IMG/VR virus record: IMGVR_UViG_2671181019_000012
Location: 1-20,910 of that record
Direction: 5' to 3' (one strand)
DNA length: 20,910 nucleotides
Source of the DNA: a virus
Lineage: Duplodnaviria > Heunggongvirae > Uroviricota > Caudoviricetes
Part shown: in pieces, positions 15,159 through 20,910 of the stretch
Layout of the letters: every line of letters starts with the position of its first letter
Numbering within the stretch: the stretch's first letter is position 1
The notes under the pieces: generated by a model
The model's database searches: none
Told to the model about the DNA's origin: nothing
The model's input: only the letters and a program-made list of their open reading frames with translations
Made by a program: the position numbers and the translations under genes

Positions 15159-15191
15159 GCCCGACTGGTAAGATCGGGCCTTTTTATTTTT
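15159..15191 (+). terminator. Intrinsic terminator (possibly bidirectional)
   Basis: GCCCGA-ctggtaaga-TCGGGC followed by CTTTTTATTTTT. Confidence 0.6.
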
Positions 15192-15613
15192 CCACTCTGG
15201 CCTGAATGGAACATCCTACATTAGACGTTAAGATCTTACATCTAATTATCCGAAAATACTAATGGATGCGTAGTTGCATTTGACCTGACCGCCCATTTGC
15301 GGGTTACTCTACCATCGCCAATAAAGTCCGGCTACTCGAATTCGGAAGTATTAGGCTATAGGTCATAAACCTGAATAACTGCTATGTGCTGAAGCGGATA
15401 AAGCTGACATCATTATGCACCAATCAACTCGGTGTAAGTCAGCTAGTTGGTGATGGAGTGACTTGTCAATAGTTGTAGCCCCTACCAGTGCATCGGAGAT
15501 TCTTGAGTGTAACCTTAGTTGCTTTAATCAGAAGTAAAGGAAACGTACTATGAAAATCAGTACTCTTAATCAAGAGATCCCCCGTTCTCTCACGGAAAAG
15601 GGGGATTGAATTT

Positions 15614-16876
15614 TCAAATTTTCTTTTTAGCGATAAAAATACAGTAAAAATATAAGGTTTTGATAATGTGATTAATGCTGTGCACCTCGCGAAATAATAG
15701 TAATAGCTTCCTCATAAAAGACATGAAACTAAGTTCGTTGTATTTAGTGCGTTCCATTCCTTCCTTAGCGAAATAGTAGGTTATCATCTGAATTGACTCT
15801 TTATATTCATATTTATAATGTGCAATGCCATTTCGCAGCTTGTTGTCTAAAGCATTGAGATCAACTATATAAAAGCTATCATCCAATCCGCTTATTTTCG
15901 TGCCTAAATCAACGTTTGCATATTCGTTGAGACTAGAAAAACCTTTAATTAAATCGCCTTTTTTATTTAGTCTTACTGAATCGTCAAAAATATTATGATC
16001 TCCGCGTTTTAATAAGTTATTCAATCCGGCCACAATTATTAATTGCCGAGAGAATACTTCAGATAAGTCTTTGTAAAAATTGTTACAGTCATCAAATTCG
16101 GCAGTTGAAACTCGAGCAGGAATCATTGATAAATCTACGTTTTTATCATAATCATAGTAAAGCGCTGGGCGTGAAGGGAGTTCAAAGTCAAGCATTTTGG
16201 GATATAGGCTTAAACAATCGAAATGCAAACTTTTCAGAAACCCACTTCCAATAATATCATCTAAAAATTTATTTAGCTGTTTTGGATGATTTTTCTGAAT
16301 ATAATGAAGAAATTGTGGCATTTTTTCACTAATTTCAGCATTATGTGCATGTATTGTAAAGGGAAATGACATTGCAGAGGTTGCTGTATAAAGTGCGGAA
16401 AGGATATCTTGTATTTTTAGCGAACGAGGTTTTTTCAGAGTAGGTAATTCTTTCATTAGGTTACTGAAAGTATTGTAATTTCCTTGTTTGTATTGAGTAA
16501 TGAGTCGCTGGAGCTTATCGCGATGTTTATAAATATAATTCATTCCATTTAGATGTGCGTTCAGCATTAAGTATTTTTCATGACCTATTGCACTTGTTAT
16601 TTTTAAGAATGCTGTTTTTCCTATTTCGTATTTTCCAAAGCCTACGGGAAAATCTAAATGCAAATCGATGAATGGATTTGTTGTGCCAAAGTCATTGCTT
16701 TCTACAGTTTCCGCACCGTTAAATACAGGCTCTCCCTCCCCAAGAGTAAACGATATATTATTCTCACAATTTGGACATGCAAATTGGAACGGTTGTATGT
16801 CTCGATTAGACATACCTATTCTTGTATCAATGACCGTGTCACATACAAGGCATTTAAATTGCTGTAAAAAATTCAT
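15614..16876 (-). CDS. Zn-ribbon plus HEPN-motif protein (candidate Abi-like RNase)
   Basis: N-terminal CLVCD...CPNC zinc ribbon; C-terminal LRNGIAHYKY matches the HEPN Rx4H motif; AT-rich, monocistronic. Confidence 0.65.
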   Translation of the reverse strand: MNFLQQFKCLVCDTVIDTRIGMSNRDIQPFQFACPNCENNISFTLGEGEPVFNGAETVESNDFGTTNPFIDLHLDFPVGFGKYEIGKTAFLKITSAIGHEKYLMLNAHLNGMNYIYKHRDKLQRLITQYKQGNYNTFSNLMKELPTLKKPRSLKIQDILSALYTATSAMSFPFTIHAHNAEISEKMPQFLHYIQKNHPKQLNKFLDDIIGSGFLKSLHFDCLSLYPKMLDFELPSRPALYYDYDKNVDLSMIPARVSTAEFDDCNNFYKDLSEVFSRQLIIVAGLNNLLKRGDHNIFDDSVRLNKKGDLIKGFSSLNEYANVDLGTKISGLDDSFYIVDLNALDNKLRNGIAHYKYEYKESIQMITYYFAKEGMERTKYNELSFMSFMRKLLLLFREVHSINHIIKTLYFYCIFIAKKKI

Positions 16877-17123
16877 AAATATTTTATTAATCCTATAAAT
16901 TATAAGTTAAGTATTAGTCTTTTATCTACAAACCAAAGCCACTTTACTACTTTACCTAACTGCACTTTAAACAATCATAAGTTCTTTTTTTTTAAAAAGG
17001 TAGTCCAAAGATACCAATTTATTCAATATCAACGAGAATTCGAGACTCCTATGTGAGTAAAAAACTATGAGCTTCATGCCATGCTTTCAATAAATGTCTT
17101 CAGTTACCCATAAATTTACTGGA

Positions 17124-17651
17124 TTAACAATTTGTAGTCTTTCCGACCAAATTACCGCGCGCAGTGTGACCCCATACTTTAGATGTCACCTTATCTCTTT
17201 CCACTAGTTGTTTACGGTGCATCAAATCGGCAAGCAGTATTGAAACAAAGAACATGAATTTTGTTTTGGGAGTATTAGGAACATCTTTGGGTCCAAGCCA
17301 AGGTAGCTGCTCCAGTTGATTTTGTATTTTGGGTGTTGCGAAGCTAACACCATTCCAACTATGCCCAAAAGCATTTCTAATGCTACGCAGTGTGTTTAGT
17401 TCTTTGTATTCGTGTTCCATTATCAGTCCTAACGCATATGCTAAGCCTGTTCTAGCAGCAAAAGATGATAAAGGCGCTGTTGCACCATTCAGTAGACCTT
17501 TAGCTACTTTGTCATTTAACAGGTGAGCCTGGATGATCTCGGATAACCACTCATCGAAAATGGATGCTGCTATTAGAACAGAGCCACGATCTGATTCTTT
17601 ATTTAGTTCGGACAAAAATTGACCGAGTTCAATTTGGGTTTTATCACTCAC
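17124..17651 (-). CDS. HEPN-motif protein (175 aa)
   Basis: RSIRNAFGHSW (Rx4H); GTG start 17651 with AAGGAG RBS. Confidence 0.6.
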   Translation of the reverse strand: MSDKTQIELGQFLSELNKESDRGSVLIAASIFDEWLSEIIQAHLLNDKVAKGLLNGATAPLSSFAARTGLAYALGLIMEHEYKELNTLRSIRNAFGHSWNGVSFATPKIQNQLEQLPWLGPKDVPNTPKTKFMFFVSILLADLMHRKQLVERDKVTSKVWGHTARGNLVGKTTNC

Positions 17652-18120
17652 AGACTCTGGAACTCCTTTCTCAAAAATTCAACATGAGGACGCTTCGGTC
17701 GCACATCAATCTTAACCATTAGATTATGAAATTGTGTTAGGTCTGGGTCAAACTATGAACAAAAACAGAAAAAATTATTGTGACGTTATTTAGGGGGACC
17801 TACAATGACACATTTTAAACAATTACTTTAATATCAATAAATTGGATCGTATTACTGTGTTCCTATTATTGGTTTAGCTCAGCTTGTCGCTCACAGCGGA
17901 CCTTCAGCTCGATAGCAAGTCCGCTCCGTTGGAGTGCCAGATGCGCTCTAAATTTGATGGCTAGTATTGAAGAGATACTTGGGCATCATGGTTATGGTGT
18001 AAATACCGTCTGTGATACCCGCAGAGGTGCTAGGTTTAGGCACTGAGAAGGATACATTGAACATGAATTCAGAGTGATGTAACACAAGTCATAGAAAATT
18101 AGTGATTTATATTGAAAAGG

Positions 18121-18159
18121 GGGCTATTTTATTAAAGCAAGGCCGCCTTTAGGCAGCCT
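18121..18159 (-). terminator. Intrinsic terminator after the three-gene operon
   Basis: AGGCTGCC-taaa-GGCGGCCT (one G-U pair) then U-rich tract, just after the gene C stop. Confidence 0.45.
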
Positions 18160-18165
18160 CTTATT

Positions 18166-18843
18166 TTACATGTAGATATTCATTAAACTGTCAAATAGTC
18201 TTTTGGTTAACTCTTTTTCCGCTCGTGCTTCGATTTGAGCCATACCATTTCGGAAGAGTTTTAATTTACCGCTAAATTCTTGGTCATGAATAGTACATGT
18301 CAATCGATCAAGTCTCATTTTTTTGTGAATAAGCTCATCTTTGAAATATTTTTTAAGATCGCTGGTACTATTAATTTGCATCTTGGCAAGAGCAAATTCA
18401 GCAACTTGAATTTGAGATACATCTAGTTGCACTATATTAAGTGTCAACTCTGTGTTTAAAGAACTGAACCATATGAACGGGTCAATCTCAATCTCTTCTA
18501 AGCTGGTACCAAGACCAAGGTTTTTTACCAGTGCCTGAGCAAATGGTTTAAGTGTTCTCGGTGGATTATCAATAAGTAAAACTGGGGTGTATTGTTCGTC
18601 AAAACTGAAAGATGTTACTCTATATTCAATGCGTTCAACAGCGGTACTGTTGCCGTATAGATTACTTATTCTATCTTCGCTAATTATCTTTTCGATGAAG
18701 CGAGCGTGAAAATGAGATGTTCGTGATTTATCAAATATAAACCCTTTCCCTTTCTCTTCAGTAAAAGGATCACGCATGAGTTTTTCAACTGTTTCACTAG
18801 TAGTGAAACGATTGTTGAGTTTAATCCATTTAAATTTTTTCAT
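18166..18843 (-). CDS. Hypothetical protein, gene C of three-gene operon
   Basis: 225 codons; start overlaps gene B end by 14 nt; AT-rich. Confidence 0.6.
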   Translation of the reverse strand: MKKFKWIKLNNRFTTSETVEKLMRDPFTEEKGKGFIFDKSRTSHFHARFIEKIISEDRISNLYGNSTAVERIEYRVTSFSFDEQYTPVLLIDNPPRTLKPFAQALVKNLGLGTSLEEIEIDPFIWFSSLNTELTLNIVQLDVSQIQVAEFALAKMQINSTSDLKKYFKDELIHKKMRLDRLTCTIHDQEFSGKLKLFRNGMAQIEARAEKELTKRLFDSLMNIYM

Positions 18844-19909
18844 GCTCTTCCACCTTTTTACCCGTCACGATATTATAGGCGTCTGCTGCTGACTGTTCAA
18901 TTAGTAGGCTGATTTTCTTCTTTTCAACTTCATTTGCTGCACGAATAGTAACATTGTATCCACTACCTTTTTGGTTATTGATTCCTTTAATTTGATAGGA
19001 AAAATCAGAGCAATTTTCTGAATCCTTAAAGAAAGCTTCAACCAAAATCCTGTCTCCTATTCCGTTTTTAGGTTTAGCAGACCAAGCAATTCTTCCAATA
19101 TAGTATCCTTTGTTATGTAGTTGGGTGAAAATAGCAGAACTATTAACAGAATCACCTTTTAGAACCGCTTTTTTTACGAATCCTGTCTCGATTTCTTCTT
19201 CTTCCTCGTCATCACCTTTGCTTGTTGAACGGTTAAGCTCTACATTAGTAACGTCGTCAATTTCATATCCACTCAAGCCGCCCATAACCTCTTGAAAAAA
19301 CTGACTTCTTAGCGCTGGTGTAGGAATCGCTTCTAAAGAAATTTCAAACTTTTCAACATCAACGGATTTAATCTTTGACAACTCTTTTTGTAATAGTGTT
19401 ATTACATCTTTAGCCTTTTGGTTCTGAGGCATACGAATATCAACATTATCGTTATTTACAGTAAGATCAATCTTGATGTTTCGGTTGTCTATCTGACGCA
19501 ATGCTGTTCTGGACAAGTCTACTTCTTGGTAGTTTACCTCGATTGCTAAAGACCCATCTTTTTTCGCAGTGATTTTTACTGTTTCACCAGAGCCAGTGGC
19601 TAATTTTCTTTTAACTAACTCTGCTGCTGTTTTTAATTCCGTCTGAGAGGATGATGCTTGAAGCTTGACGCTAGTTATACTCTCTCTTTTATCATAAGTT
19701 TGTACAAGTTCCTTAATAGAATCTAGATCACTATATCCCTGAGGTAGTTTGCAAACCTCTTCAATTAATTCCTCCTTTGTTAAGTCTTGAGCAACAATAA
19801 TACCTTTCCGTAATAATATCTCGCGTAATCTTGCGATGGTAATTCGTTTATGATGAAGTGCATCATATATATTTTTGTCAGTTGCGAAATAAATATTCAT
19901 GTTATTCAT
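18830..19909 (-). CDS. Hypothetical protein, gene B of three-gene operon
   Basis: 359 codons; start overlaps gene A stop by 1 nt (TAATG); acidic DDEEEEE linker mid-protein. Confidence 0.6.
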   Translation of the reverse strand: MNNMNIYFATDKNIYDALHHKRITIARLREILLRKGIIVAQDLTKEELIEEVCKLPQGYSDLDSIKELVQTYDKRESITSVKLQASSSQTELKTAAELVKRKLATGSGETVKITAKKDGSLAIEVNYQEVDLSRTALRQIDNRNIKIDLTVNNDNVDIRMPQNQKAKDVITLLQKELSKIKSVDVEKFEISLEAIPTPALRSQFFQEVMGGLSGYEIDDVTNVELNRSTSKGDDEEEEEIETGFVKKAVLKGDSVNSSAIFTQLHNKGYYIGRIAWSAKPKNGIGDRILVEAFFKDSENCSDFSYQIKGINNQKGSGYNVTIRAANEVEKKKISLLIEQSAADAYNIVTGKKVEEHEKI

Positions 19910-20910
19910 TAACGTTGCTCCATGCCTATAGCTTCAAGACTATATTGAATTACCATTGCAGCTGTTTTTTCGAATGCAACTTTTGAAAACAAACGTTCAC
20001 TTTCGCCTGATAGCCAATGGGCACTATATTTTTGCTTTGCTCTTTCAAAGTGATGAATGGAGTCTTCATGCGGATTTATATGACAATGTCTAATTTTTAT
20101 TCTTTTTGCATCAGTCAGTATTTGATAATTAGAAAGCATGTCAAGGAAATAGATGAACTCATCTTCACTATTCCCTGGTTGATTATAATAAATTACGTAA
20201 CCACTATCTTCTTTTTCACCCATCCAATCGAATTCTTCATGCTTTATTATTATGAATGGTGATGTTAAGACCTCAACAGTAGCTGCAGTCTTATTGTTGA
20301 TAGGATGTTTTATCCTAGTTAGTGCTAAGTCTGGGTAATAGAAATAGTACAAATCTGGTTGAGGTAAAGCCCCGGTACCAATAAGCATTTTAATATCTGA
20401 TGCTATATTTATCATATCGGATATTTTGAATGGATCTAAAAGGTGTAATTTTATGTTTGGGGGGCATTTTATTATTTCAGGGTCGACTTTCTTCATCACG
20501 GATGAGTAAAAATCCTTGTCATAAAGGTTGTCATGATTATAGAGAAATAATAAACCTCGAACTTTGTAACCTAATGACTCATCCCGCACATATCGTTTAC
20601 ACCACTGTTGGCTAATGTTGGCGCATTCTGTAGCGAGAGCTAAAGAAGAAAGTGCACCTTCTACCATCCCTTTGCCGATACTACTTTGAGCATAGCTTTT
20701 GAGGTCTGTGTTCAAGTACACAATCTCTTCTTCATAAGGATCGGTATAGTAAAACACCACATCGCTAGGATGTGTTTTTTTGTCATGAGCCTCTAGGTCG
20801 CAATCCCAGTTCATATCTTGACTAGTAGCTCGTTGCCATTTGAAAATTTTAAAAATATCTTGGGTTATCTTATTTGCAACATGCTGTATTGAAGAGGTCT
20901 CTCCGCCCAT
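19909..20910 (-). CDS. Hypothetical protein, gene A of three-gene operon (possibly 5'-truncated by window edge)
   Basis: 333 codons; ATG is the final 3 bases of the window, so start may be real or the ORF may continue upstream. Confidence 0.55.
   Translation of the reverse strand: MGGETSSIQHVANKITQDIFKIFKWQRATSQDMNWDCDLEAHDKKTHPSDVVFYYTDPYEEEIVYLNTDLKSYAQSSIGKGMVEGALSSLALATECANISQQWCKRYVRDESLGYKVRGLLFLYNHDNLYDKDFYSSVMKKVDPEIIKCPPNIKLHLLDPFKISDMINIASDIKMLIGTGALPQPDLYYFYYPDLALTRIKHPINNKTAATVEVLTSPFIIIKHEEFDWMGEKEDSGYVIYYNQPGNSEDEFIYFLDMLSNYQILTDAKRIKIRHCHINPHEDSIHHFERAKQKYSAHWLSGESERLFSKVAFEKTAAMVIQYSLEAIGMEQR

Larger units (their letters stand above)
8038..20910. mobile_element. Second integrase-headed island (integrative mobilizable element-like); far boundary not in window
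   Basis: Begins at att core with its own integrase; carries IncP-like oriT/traJ, trbJKL, origin-like repeats and AT-rich cargo. Confidence 0.6.

Noticed and set aside
17871-17950. tRNA gene suggested by a TAGCTCAG-like box
   Set aside because: No T-arm (GGTTCGAnTCC) and no acceptor-stem complementarity; cannot fold as a cloverleaf. Kept only as an unexplained structured element.

Overview
The window reads as two mobile elements in tandem, sharing a 49-nt tRNA-Thr(CGU) 3'-end attachment core (7989-8037, minus strand). Left element (1 to ~8037): a degraded lambdoid prophage with a Q antiterminator and tR'-like terminator, a truncated cro remnant, a CI repressor whose C-terminal domain matches lambda CI but whose N-terminal HTH differs, a two-gene cassette of unknown function in the position lambda uses for rexAB, an N antiterminator, early-left accessory genes (membrane protein, N6-adenine methyltransferase, TraR-like zinc finger), xis and int. 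Right element (~8038 to window end): a second tyrosine integrase, an IncP/RP4-like oriT with traJ but no relaxase, an orphan trbJ-trbK-trbL module, an origin-like iteron/DnaA-box/AT-rich region, a HigA-like HTH regulator with palindromic operators and homopolymeric G tracts, two HEPN-motif proteins, and a translationally coupled three-gene operon with no recognisable domains. Best candidates for undescribed systems: the three-gene operon (18166-20910), the Zn-ribbon/HEPN proteins, the rex-position cassette (1680-2986), and the oriT/TraJ/TrbJKL module. All homology statements are from memory of reference proteins and motifs; no searches were run.
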